64,000 nucleotides of DNA from Fistulifera solaris (lineage: Eukaryota). Shown one piece after another: positions 49,120 to 59,804 of the stretch. How positions within the stretch are numbered: position 1 is the stretch's first letter; each line of letters opens with the position of its first letter. The DNA lies in contig AP026164.1 of the NCBI GenBank assembly GCA_030295235.1, forward strand, positions 1,240,001 to 1,304,000. The letters are read 5' to 3'. Both the position numbers and the translations under genes were made by a program. Under the pieces are notes generated by a model. The model was not told where the DNA came from and did not search any database. It worked only from the letters and a program-made list of their open reading frames with translations.

Positions 49120-51618
49120 CTAATCCGTCTCCATCTTGTCTTCTGTTTTTTCCTCCGTCTCAACACCTTCCATCGGTACTTCTTCCTTCTTTCCGTCTTC
49201 GCTAGGCTCGGGAGTCGGGTCTTTCGGAGGTTCTTCTTTCGGCTTCGGCTTGGGTTTGGGCTTGTTAATGACGGGGGAACAAACATCGGCAAGTTCCTTG
49301 TGCTTCAAACGAATCGAATGCACAGTCAAGACCGGGTTTTCATCCAAAGACATACCGGCTTGCTGGTCCAGTTTCTCGTACATCCAAGCGCTGATTTCGT
49401 CACACTTCGATCGAACCTTTTCACGCTCTTCGTCGGTAATGTGTTCGTACGTTTCGCTGGCCTGAGATTCGTTGACCCATGCCGTGTACGACTCGAGACT
49501 GCTCTGAAGACTACTGACAACCCCGGGTCGTTCTTGCGACTCCACTTGACGCTTCTCAATGGGATCTCCAAGCGCTTTCAGCTCGGCTAGCTTCTCTGCG
49601 TACACTTTCTTAGTTGCGTCAAAACCATCTTCGTACAGCCAGTTCTCCATGGCATCACGCTTCTCAGCAAAAGCAGCCTTCTCCTCGGGGGTCCCGAAAA
49701 GACCCAACTGAGAGTCGGAAGAAATCTTGTCACGCATACCGTAAATATAAGACTCCAATTCGTTTCGCATGTTGGATGTTTCAATCACAATTCGATCAGC
49801 GTTGGCCATGGCCACCTCAATTTCGTAATATTTGTTGATTTCATCAGCCGACCAATCCAAAGGACGAGAAATACTGCAAGTAAGGTTGGTCTTCTTAATC
49901 TTTTTCTTCTTTTCACCCTCACCATCTTCAGCGGGGGCATCGGCAGCCGCTTCGCCTCCCGCAGCTGGTTGCTCCGCCTCGGGATCTTCAATTTCTTCCA
50001 CCATCTGCGCCGATGAAATAACAAGAATGCCGTGAATGTCCTGCTTAATATTAACACGCACTTTGTTTTCAGCGGTGGTGGGATTGTCGATGTTAATCGT
50101 CGCGATCTCCTCAGCAGCGGCAGGCAGTCCGTACTGTTCTACGTCTTCGTAAGAAGCTTTGACCGAAAAGGGCCCTCCGCGCTTCAGGGTTACGCGGCGG
50201 ACGATGGGAAAAGTAAGACCCCTGTTGAACATCGTTACCGAAGACGTTTCTTCAACTCCACCCTCCCAGGAAACCTTGATGGGGAAAGGTTGAGCTTCTT
50301 GAATGTCATACGGAAGAACCTTAAACCGCGGCGATAAGATAGCCGATTGCAAGGCGGCACCACGAGCGACACTCTCATCGGCATTCATTGTGGTCGAAAG
50401 ATTTTCAATATTCAAGATTTCAAGAAGCTTGCGTTTCACACATCCGATTCGCGTGGATCCGCCAACGATTTCGACGGCTGTAAGGTCGGCTGACGTGAGT
50501 TTGGCCTCTTCAAGAGCTTTCTGGATGGGACCAGCCAAGCGATCCAAAAGAGGTTGACAGATGGCTTCGTACTCTTCAACTTTAAGACTAGTACTAAAGT
50601 CGAAATCATCCATGAGCATTTCTAGGTTGATACGAGCTTCTTTCACGCCAACGGGGCTGAGTGTCTTTTTCGCAGCTTCGGCTGCCGCGAGAATCTTGAG
50701 GTAAGTTTTTGGCTTGTCCATTGGCTTGCCTGAAAGCTTGCTGCCGAATTTCTGCTCGAAGCCCGATGCAATCCAATTAGCAACAGCCATGTCAAAGTCA
50801 CGACCGCCCAACTCGCTGTCGCATTGAGCAGATTTCACAATCAACTGACCAGGGATAAATGTTGCGATCGAAACAGTGTAAGCAGATGCGCCCATGTCAA
50901 TAAACATGACATTCGTAGGCTTTTCGGCATCAAACTCTTTCTTCAAATCCTTAAAAATACCGTACGATAGGGCGGTAGCTGTGTTCTCGTGCATGAAACG
51001 CAGTACACCTTTGATTCCGACAATTTCGCAGCCAGCCTGCAATCCCCGTCGCTGAGCATCCGTAAAGTAATTCGGAATGGCAACGACCCAGTCCTGCGGA
51101 AACAACTCCGAAGCAGGAGTACTAGTTCCCTCAGCAGCCTTCGCCGCAGCAATATCTCCCATGTGACGCAACATCATGCCTGCCACCATTTCGATCGGCA
51201 CAACCGTCTCTTTTTCGGAATCACCGGCATGGATTTTGACACCAATCGACGGAGTTCCTCCCGACGAACGCTCAAACGGAGCAAAAGTGACACCGGGATA
51301 CCATTTCATCTCCTTTTCTGCGCGAGGATCGTCGAACGCAAGACCAACAAGTCGTTTCATTCCTTTGATGGTGTTTTTCAAGTTCGAAGACTGACCCGAC
51401 GTAGCTTGTTCGCCAACCCGACGACATTCGTCGAAACCGACCATAGATCTGAAAGAATTAGTGTGAGAAATGAAATGCTAAGCCTGGTAAAAACCTTTTT
51501 AGGGTACTTACGGGTTTAGGCGGTTACTGCCGCCGTTGAGAATCACATCAACGCCACCTCTACCTGCAGCCGCGATAAGAGAAGACTGATAGCCAAAATC
51601 TACACCTACAACACTCAT
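49120..51618 (-). CDS. HSP110: Hsp110/SSE-type cytosolic Hsp70-family chaperone; intron 51449-51511
   Basis: MSVVGVDFG..GGVDVILN..SNRLNPSMVGF, ENTATALSYG, TMNADESVARGAALQSAILSP and RNELESYIY..ENWLYEDG. Confidence 0.93.
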
Positions 51619-52064
51619 TGTTCAGATTTACTTGTTGCGCTTGTTCACGAAAGATCGTAAGGGACGGAAAGATGTCGCAATTCTTTGAGATGGAAAGAAG
51701 TACTTGCACAAACGAAACAATGCCTGGCTTCGTGGAAACGAAAAAACTGTGAGGGAGAAAATCCGTTGGTTGCGGGCGTTCGTCATGCGACGGGTTAATC
51801 GTGATGCCCTCAAATCCTTCGCGTAAACTCAGTACTTCGTTCTACGTACGTGCACGGCGCCAGCCAATCAAAGCGGTTTACGTCACTCTCCAATGACTGT
51901 GAGAAATTTCCTTCCACGTGGAGGGAGTTTTCGGTTCGGAGCTGGTAACCCGAACCCCAACAGGGCGTGAAGCTACGGAATGAAAATCGCTAGGGAGGCC
52001 TAGTTCGATCGTCTTAAACTACACGGGTAATCGCGTCATTACGAAAAAATTTTATGATGATAAT

Positions 52065-53584
52065 TTAGACTCTCTTCTTGTAACGGATACGAGTGTCTCC
52101 CCTTTGGACCGACCACCATGTCATCATAGCCGCATTCCGGAAGCTTGTCGGCAACTTGCTCAATTTCGTATTCGCGGAAAATAATAGAAAGAATTGTCTT
52201 AACTTGCATCAATCCAAAATTCTGGCCCATGCAAGAGTGCAACCCACCGCCGAATCCTAGATATGAATAAGGGACTTTCTTGTGTTCTTCCCGAGGTTCC
52301 GCGAAGCGGTCGGGGTCGAATTCATCCGGATTGGTGAAGGTTGACTTCAATCTCATGCTGACAGTGGGACTCACACAAACAAAGTCGTTCTTTGGAATGG
52401 TATATTCTTTGCCTTGAACCTTAATGTTGACGTCACATTCAGCGCGGCGCAGCAGCATGATGAAGGTAGGGCACAGGCGCAGCGCTTCGCGAGTGCTGTT
52501 GTTCAGAAATTCCATGTTTTGAACATCATCAAACTCTAGCTTTTTGTTCTTCCAATCCGCTCCGAGCACTTTCTTCTGTTCTTCTAAAACGCGGTCCACT
52601 AGTTCCGGTTTGTTGGCGAGCAAGAGAGTTGTCCATGTACTAGTAATGCATGACGTATGTTGTCCAGCAAACAAAAGAGCAATCAGCATGCCCGTGACTT
52701 CTTCATCCGTGATAGGTGTACCGTCTTTGTATTTGATCTCCATAAACAGACTCAAGATATCGGTACCATCACTACGCTCCGGAAATTCACGACGTTCCGC
52801 AATTACTTTGCTAAAGAGGCGGACCATTTCGAGGCGGGCCGCGTCACGCTTCTTATGGGCCGCAGTCGGTGCCGTGGACCAAAATACAGTCAATGGCGTA
52901 AGTCCGTGATCGAGATCATGGTACAATTCTTGTACATCCTTAAAGATATGCGTGCGAACATCGTCTCCGTGCAAACAACGAGACGCCGTGAGAATGGTCA
53001 ATTCACTGAGAGCCGTCAACAAATCAACTTCACCCGAATCTTTGTTCCAGTAAGATTTCAAGTATTGACGCGTTTCTTCTTCGATTTTCGGCACGTAACT
53101 TTTGAGTCGACTCGCACGAAGTCCATTCGCCATGGTTTGAAATTGCACTTGACGATTCTTCTTGGACGCATCGTACACAATGTTGGGGCCAAAGACGGGT
53201 CTCATAAAGTCGTAGACTTCTTGCTGCGACAAAACATCGTCCGATGCCTTGAAAAAGACTTCTTGGGCTTCCGGACCGATCAAATACGTTAAACGGCGGT
53301 GACAAATCTATAAGAGGCAAATTGAGAAATCTCCAAGAAGCAAATTGTTTGATGGAATAATGAAAATGAAATCTTACCGGAATAGTGAATACAGGACCAT
53401 ACGCTTCATAACAACGCTTAATCATTGTGTTGGGTGATTTGAAAAACTCTGCCAGAACTCCAATAATAGGAAAAGGAACGACGGGAGAATGAACAACGGT
53501 AGGTGGGGCGTTCTTTCCTCCGCGACGAGGTCGCAACAGAAGAAACCACACGGAGAATAGGAGTATGGCGACAAAAGCAATCAT
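52065..53584 (-). CDS. CYP51: Sterol 14-alpha-demethylase (cytochrome P450 51); intron 53308-53377; 1-nt frameshift at ~52100
   Basis: N-terminal membrane anchor, YDFMRPVFGPNIVYDA, LTILTASRCL, ALLFAGQHTS, EALR and haem motif FGGGLHSCMG. Confidence 0.95.
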
Positions 53585-54005
53585 TTTAATAAATAATGAT
53601 ATGGAATTGATCGCCTGTATCTATTATCTACTACAAAAAGCAACTGTTATTAGTTCTTGTCTTCGGGGTGGCTGTTGACGAATGACAAAACTGGAGGAAA
53701 TGAAAGCGGTGGGAGAAAAAGGACTGCCAAGGAATTCAATATACGGCGATGCCGGCGTTGCGTCGCCTTCGGATTTCGTCGCAGTGTTCGCATTTTCTGT
53801 AGCCAATTTAACCGCTCTTTCATCGAACGGAAACATCACTGTAGAAAACGATGGCGCGAGGCGCACCTTGAAAAAAAGCTAGGGAGGGTGAATCTTAGTT
53901 GTCGCTTCTAACATTACATACAACTTCATCATATATCTAGACAATATAAGTAAACAGAGCCAGATTGTTATAGGATACCACATACTATGCGTGCCATGAT
54001 AGCGT

Positions 54006-54981
54006 TTACTTGGTCTGTGCCAAAACAGCACCAATGCGACGTCGAATATCCTCTTGATCACCCAAATAGCGGCCTTTCAAGGGCGCAATGGCATCTGGAT
54101 GGGGGATGGGCTTGAGTGTTACTTCATCGAGTTCGTACACGAGAGGCACTCCGGTGGGAATATTCAATTCCGTAATATCGTCCGAGCTAATATCATCCAA
54201 GTGCTTTACCAAGGCACGAAGCGTATTTCCATGAGCAGCAATCAGAATCTTCTTTCCCGATTTGATTTCCGGAAGAATCACATTTTCCCAGTCGGACATG
54301 AAACGCTCCTCCGTGAGTTTGAGAGATTCGGCCTTGGGCAACTCAGATTTAGGCACGTTTTTGTACATTGGGTCGTTGCCGGGGAAATACTCGGAGGATT
54401 CATCAACAGGCGGAGGAGGGATGTCGTACGATCGTCGCCAGACCAAGACTTGTTCCTTTCCGTGTTTGTCGACAGTTTCTTGCTTGTTCAACCCCTGAAG
54501 CGCACCGTAATGACGTTCATTCAACTTCCACAAATTCACAATAGGAATGTACATGAGATCCAGCTCTTCAAGAATCAACCAAAGAGTTTTAATCGCTCTT
54601 TTCAACGTCGAAGTGTACGCTTTATCAAACGTAAATCCTTCTTCACGGAGAATCTTGCCACCGGACGTTGCTTCTTGGATACCTTTTTCATTGAGGGGGC
54701 AATCCACCCACCCGGTGAAACGGTTCTCCTGATTCCACGTACTTTCTCCATGACGAACGAGTACCAATGTGTGTGCCATGGAAAGTGCCGTCGAGGACGA
54801 CTTGTTTCTACAGCAAGCATGCGAAAAGAAAGCGCGTCAGAGGGCGGCGTCGTGGTTGTATCGGAGCACCATAGATGGAGGTAAATTACCTTGCAAATTT
54901 TCCATGGAAACCATTTGCCGTGAACGCAGAACACGAGACAAAGCTCGCGACGAGAACGAAGATCGATTGAAACATGACCAT
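54006..54981 (-). CDS. PGAM: 2,3-BPG-dependent phosphoglycerate mutase with a bipartite plastid leader; exons 54890-54981 and 54006-54807
   Basis: [42 protein letters not shown]. Intron 54808-54889 (AG|gtaatt...ctgtag|A) adds [40 protein letters not shown] in frame. Confidence 0.93.
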
Positions 54982-55567
54982 GTTTGAAACGACTCAAATA
55001 TAATGCTATGGAAGGACGAAGACCGATCGTGATGCCTGCAATGTGAGAAAGATTTGTCGACGAATTTACGAGTTACGAGTTACGTTAGCGTCTTTTCACG
55101 AGAAACGAGTACGTCGACAGACGGCCGACGGCAGGACGACTGTTTCTTCATCATTGCAAAAGGCCTCTCTAATACCTGGTACCAGCTGTTCACGTGCAAG
55201 CACCAGGAAGCTTTACGGTCCAAAGATATTCAATAAGTGGAACATACATGATCGCTTTTCAAAAAGCAATCCATACCTGGAAGACTGGGTTCGGCGTAGA
55301 TAAGCATCATCGATACTTTGTACGTAGTAACCTGCGCGCATTTGCACAAATATTTTCTTAAAAAGTGAAAACTGATATATAAATTCAAACCAACAACCAC
55401 CTCGGTTACAAATTACTTACGGCCCCGATGAATTCCGGGTCAAGAATTGGTTGACAATTGTAGCGTGGCGAATCAGGTTGTTGTTAGAATGAAAACCAGC
55501 TGACGGTTCCGTGACTGCAGTCATGATAAGTCACAAGAAGTCACCCCTTCCAGCTTCTTTAGCTTCC

Positions 55568-55633
55568 AGGTACGGTACCGGTACCGCACCGGAACCCGGT
55601 GCGGTGCCCCGTGCTGGCACCGGTACCAGGTAC
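55568..55633. repeat. GTAC palindromic cluster containing a perfect 10-bp hairpin, in the PGAM/PXMP4 divergent intergenic region
   Basis: accgcaccgg-aac-ccggtgcggt (55583-55605), flanked by ggtacggtaccggt and ccggtaccaggtac. Confidence 0.75.
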
Positions 55634-55894
55634 ACTTTATTATAAGGATACAAAGTAGAATGTCGCAAAACGCGTCCTCGCAGCTGTGATTTTTTTCGTT
55701 TCTTTTCGTGAACAAATAAATAATAATAATGAAATTCAACAAACGTCAAGCAAAGCAATCTTAGCAAGTACGATCTCAACGTTGTCAGAACTTGATACAG
55801 TGCTCGATGCGACGTATCCTACATTCCTCATTAAAAAGTCGAATTTGCAACGCGGAGGTGATCCTTTTCACTATTTTCAATCCAGTTCTTGAAA

Positions 55895-56681
55895 ATGGCA
55901 GTCTTATCCTCCTTACCGCAACACATTCATGACGAATTTCACTCCATCCTTTCGGCTCTCGTTGCGGGCGCTCGATATGGCACCAAAATCCGTTTACCAC
56001 ATGCTTTTCTCGTGACGTTTTTGTTCCGAAGAAACATGTCGGCGCGAGAAAAGATAAAAATCGTTCTGCAATTGGTGTTCGAACATGCCTCCAATCTTGC
56101 GCTCTTTGCGACCGTGTACAAATCCATTCTGTCGGGGCTGAAAGTGACATCTCGTTATCTCAGTAGGTCAAGTGGCAACGACTATGGAATTCTCTTGAGT
56201 TTGGGACGGAGTCTATTATCAATGATTGGTGAGTAATCATTGGTTTCGGATGCCATTAGTTGTGTCACATTTAGCGAACTAATCCTGCACACGCGCATTA
56301 ATTTTAGTCACTAGGCCTTTGCCAGGTGAAGATAGGATATTGCATGTGCCGCCGGGTCACGCTGAACATGCCCATCATGCATTGATTGCTGGGGCTGTCG
56401 GTGGGTATTTCGTGTGGGGTCGATACTCGTCGGTGAACTACCAAGTGGTGCTTTACTTGACCAGCCGAGTTCTGGTGGGTTTGTGGAAGAAGTATGGGAT
56501 CAACAATTCGCATCCTCGGATATATTCGTTAGCCGCTGCAGTCGTCTGGGGAGTGGTAATGATGTTGTTCGAAGAAAGTCCGTACGTGCTGCATCCATCG
56601 TTGAAGAGCAGTATGGATGAAATTTATCGAACCAAGCTTTCCTCTTTCCAATTCAGCAATAAGGAAGAAAAGAACGACTGA
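55895..56681 (+). CDS. PXMP4: Peroxisomal membrane protein 4 (PXMP4/PMP24, Tim17 family); intron 56229-56307
   Basis: GARYGTKIRLPHAFLVTFLF..HASNLALFATVYK; AGAVGGYFVWG..SVNYQVVLYLTSR; VWGVVMMLFE..L..SM..IY. Confidence 0.88.
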
Positions 56682-56747
56682 TATCTGTACAATAATGTCG
56701 AAATATGTAATAGAGTTTAAGATGAAGCCTGCAATCTAAAGCAGGGT

Positions 56748-57383
56748 TTATTCTCTCACCAAATTGTTCTTTCTTGGTCGAACTTTTTTCATCCCCTGAC
56801 TAGGTGTGGATAAATCACTTTCCAGCTGAGCAATCGCAATCTTCAAATTCTGTTGCTTCGCAACCAGTTCGTGATATTGAATCTCCAGTACTTTGAGTTC
56901 CTGCCCACTCTTCGTTTGACTCTGTTGTCGCCTTTGATTGATGTACTGTACTTTTTTCTGTTGTACGGCAAGTATGTCTTTCTGTGCCTGCACAAGTTTT
57001 CCTAGTTTTTCATTATGAAGCTTCCATTTGTTCCCCGCCATTGGATCTTTATCGACCTCCAAGCAAATGGACCTTATGCGTTCCGCTTCGTATGCAGTTC
57101 GAGCGCGCTTGACGGTTTCCTTCCATTCCTCGAGGGAAGCCCCGGAGGAAGGACGTTTCAGTGATGGCGCAGTAAACGACTCTGTTTCACCAGCTTCACG
57201 TTTTTCCAATTCCTTCTGCATTATGGGTGTTCGACAAGTGAGCTTGGGGATCCGGTCGCCTCTTGGCGCTGCCATGCGCTGCATTTCCTCCTCGATCAGT
57301 GATAGTGCGTATTGTTCATACTGCTCATTCAGTTCATCCACATACGGCAGAGAATCTATGAGGGAAGACTCGACTTTTGACAT
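56748..57383 (-). CDS. SPF27: Pre-mRNA splicing factor SPF27/BCAS2
   Basis: IDSLPYVD..LIEEEM; EEWK...R...LE; W..HN; IN..RQ..Q...G.EL..LE coiled coil. Confidence 0.85.
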   Translation of the reverse strand: MSKVESSLIDSLPYVDELNEQYEQYALSLIEEEMQRMAAPRGDRIPKLTCRTPIMQKELEKREAGETESFTAPSLKRPSSGASLEEWKETVKRARTAYEAERIRSICLEVDKDPMAGNKWKLHNEKLGKLVQAQKDILAVQQKKVQYINQRRQQSQTKSGQELKVLEIQYHELVAKQQNLKIAIAQLESDLSTPSQGMKKVRPRKNNLVRE

Positions 57384-57756
57384 GGTAGGAAGGATGAGTG
57401 AGATGTTTCAATAACAGTTGTAGGGTTTCGACTATGAATAACAGCTATTGTGTAATTTTGAAGGTACCGGTACAGGTACAGTACCAGGTAGCGCATAGTA
57501 TGCAATCAGTTTGAAGTCGGATTACTCTGTGTTAGAGCAGTCACTACATCCGGAAATGGCAACAACCGAATCTGCATGCCAGTTGCCAATTTTTTTGTAC
57601 TCATAACCAGTCTTGCTACCAATGTAGTAGTGAATGCCGTGTGGCAGATAATTCCGATTCAGTCTTGTTCGATCGAGTCCCCTCGACATTTTCGTTTTTG
57701 GCGTAATTTCTCGTTCAACTCAAATCACATTCCTGTTCATCATTTCATCCTTTATC

Positions 57757-58422
57757 ATGGAGGCTTCAGCTGCCGAAGCTGAAATACTGCAGCGCATCAC
57801 TCGCAGCAAGCAGCGGCAAAGGCTGCTGCTGCTGCGCACTATTTTCTGGAAGCATCGTCAAAAATTTTATCCGATGAAATGGAGGACACTTTGCCCGAAA
57901 CCGACCCTGTCGCCCGCAAGCATCGTCACAAGAAACACCCAAGGCCCAAGCAGCTCTTACAATCACGCTGCTGCTTTGCAGCGCATCCTTACTGATTACC
58001 TTGGTCCCCAGCCAAGGTTCAACGACAAACAGTTTTATAACATGTTCCGCATTTCTCCCGGCCCGATTCCAACGCATAATGGAAGACTTTATGAATTCTG
58101 GAGTCGTTTAGTGAAAGGCATAAAGGAACCGACAAACGATTTAGAAAAACGATACACCTCTTGACAGGAAGGCGCGTAAAGACATTGAGCGAAGCGTTCG
58201 GTGTTCTTCAGCGCAGCTTTCAATTCATTAAAAAACCAATTGAGCTTCATAACCTGGATGCAATTGGTGCAAGATGCTAATTGAATGCAGCAGAAGATCC
58301 CGTCGTAGGTTTGGAATCTGAAGCTTCTCTACCAGCAATTAGTGGGAGATGGCATGAGTTGGTAAATCTTGAAGAGCATATGCGCCTATACAGAGCAATT
58401 ATGTCAAAGTTCAAAAAGTAGA
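57757..58422 (+). pseudogene. Degenerate Harbinger transposase
   Basis: N-terminal DYLGPQPRFNDKQFYNMFRIS is followed almost directly by a broken C-terminal QEGARKDIERAFGVLQ..F.FIKKPIELH (~58165-58250). The catalytic core appears deleted, and there are stops and frameshifts. Confidence 0.8.
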
Positions 58423-58479
58423 TGATAACATGAAATATTAATAATTAAAACCTACTAAATTTATCCTAAAATCTAAGTG

Positions 58480-59106
58480 TAATGCGACCTAATGCTGGAG
58501 CCTCTTCACTCATTACTCTTGTCGGTGTCGTTGTTGTCGTTTTTGTTGTTGTTGTCGTTGGTGCGTCCCTCACGACTTCAGAGAAGATCAAGTCGGATTC
58601 ATCGCAGGTAATGGATTTTCGCAGGAGCGGCAAATCTCAATGTTCTGTGGGACTGCAAGTGAAGGATCATTCTCTTTTCCGTCACCGCCGTGGTCTTTCT
58701 CGGTCGCATTAGGAGAATTCTCGTTGTCGGACGACACCAAGGGAACAGACATGTCGGTACCAGGAACTCCATTTGCAAGAGCGACAGCCTTCTTAAGAAA
58801 AGCCTGAGCCTGGCTTTTCTCACCGCGCTGCTCGAAAACAGCAGCCAGGTTGGTAAATGTCTCGCTCTGAAATGCAAAGGCAAGAATACGACCAGAATCA
58901 GCAAGACTCTCAAGAACTTTGAGCTTCTTTGCTGCCATTGCCTCGGCTTTCATGCTTTCCTCCTTTTCTCGCTTAGCAACCTTTGATCCCATAGGGCGAA
59001 GAGTTTTAACCGACGAATAAACCCTTCCATTTACCAACGAATGATCAATATCACTCTGTACTTCGGTCGGCCGAACTGAGGCAACTGTTCGAGAATATCC
59101 AAACAA
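58480..59106 (-). pseudogene. Remnant of the Harbinger accessory ORF (NAM-associated-type C-terminus)
   Basis: RPMGSKVAKREKEE motif plus a helical segment, lying inside the TIRs and convergent with the transposase. Confidence 0.6.
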
Positions 59107-59804
59107 TTCGAGAAGGCAACAGAAGTCACGAGAAATAAGAATAGTAAAACATCACAAACGAGAAAAGTATTTCAAACAGATGTGTTTAGGAAACTCGGAA
59201 GGAGGGAAGCACAATGTTTACGAGGTGAAATTCTTTCAACGGAGAGTTTTGATAGTTTTGATTTTCAAACGTTGGAGGGAAACTGAATCAGTACAAAAAC
59301 GACGTAGAAATTGCGTAGAGCAAGTGAGTCGGGCGTTTGTTTCCTAAATCCGAAAGCGGGTAACAACTCTATTTTTTTGGGAGGTGGGCGCGAGTCTTGC
59401 TGCCAATTTCCAAAAAAGCAAAAAGTTCTTACCACCCCTATCTGCCAAATCCGAATATAGTGACGGCATTTTGAGTACCGGTGGGGTAAGTACTTCATTC
59501 ACGAGTTCTTCTTTCTACTTATAGTGAATGCTCTTACTCTAGGGTTACAAAATTTGCTCCCAGGCACCGCTTTATTCATTCATCCTTCTTGAAAAGTCAC
59601 ACCGCACCTAACCTTCACATCGTATCTCGTCCGCCCTTCGTACCGCTATGTCACAGGAAAGGACGACAGAAGGACGCAAAATCGAACTTCGCCCTCCACA
59701 ACTCAGAAAAACCTTGACGACTTGGAAACCTTTTTTGAAGAGCCACCCAAAGACAACGAACTTGTAAATCTCTTACTCTGCTACGAGGCAATCTTGAAGC
59801 AAGC

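Larger units (their letters stand above)
57535..59533. mobile_element. PIF/Harbinger DNA transposon, internally deleted and probably non-autonomous (about 2.0 kb)
   Basis: Left TIR GAGCAGTCACTACA (57535-57548) and right TATAGTGAATGCTC (59520-59533) match 12/14. TTA target duplication at 57532-57534 and 59534-59536. Contains transposase remnants and a convergent second ORF. Confidence 0.88.

Noticed and set aside
51861..51925. CCAAT boxes, a two-unit GAAnnTTC and CCACGTGG upstream of Hsp110
   Set aside because: Plausible heat-shock promoter elements, but too short to distinguish from chance by eye.
51920..52012. Possible tRNA or ncRNA (ggttcgg...ccgaacc stem; GTTCGATC B-box-like)
   Set aside because: I cannot build a cloverleaf or acceptor stem, and there are no snRNA signatures.
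54054..54884. 276-aa plus-strand ORF antisense to PGAM, and similar antisense ORFs over enolase, CYP51, Hsp110 and the EF-hand gene
   Set aside because: Shadow ORFs produced by codon bias of the real genes. No recognisable motifs.
52065..56681. CYP51-centred biosynthetic gene cluster
   Set aside because: Neighbours (Hsp110, PGAM, PXMP4) are unrelated to sterol synthesis.
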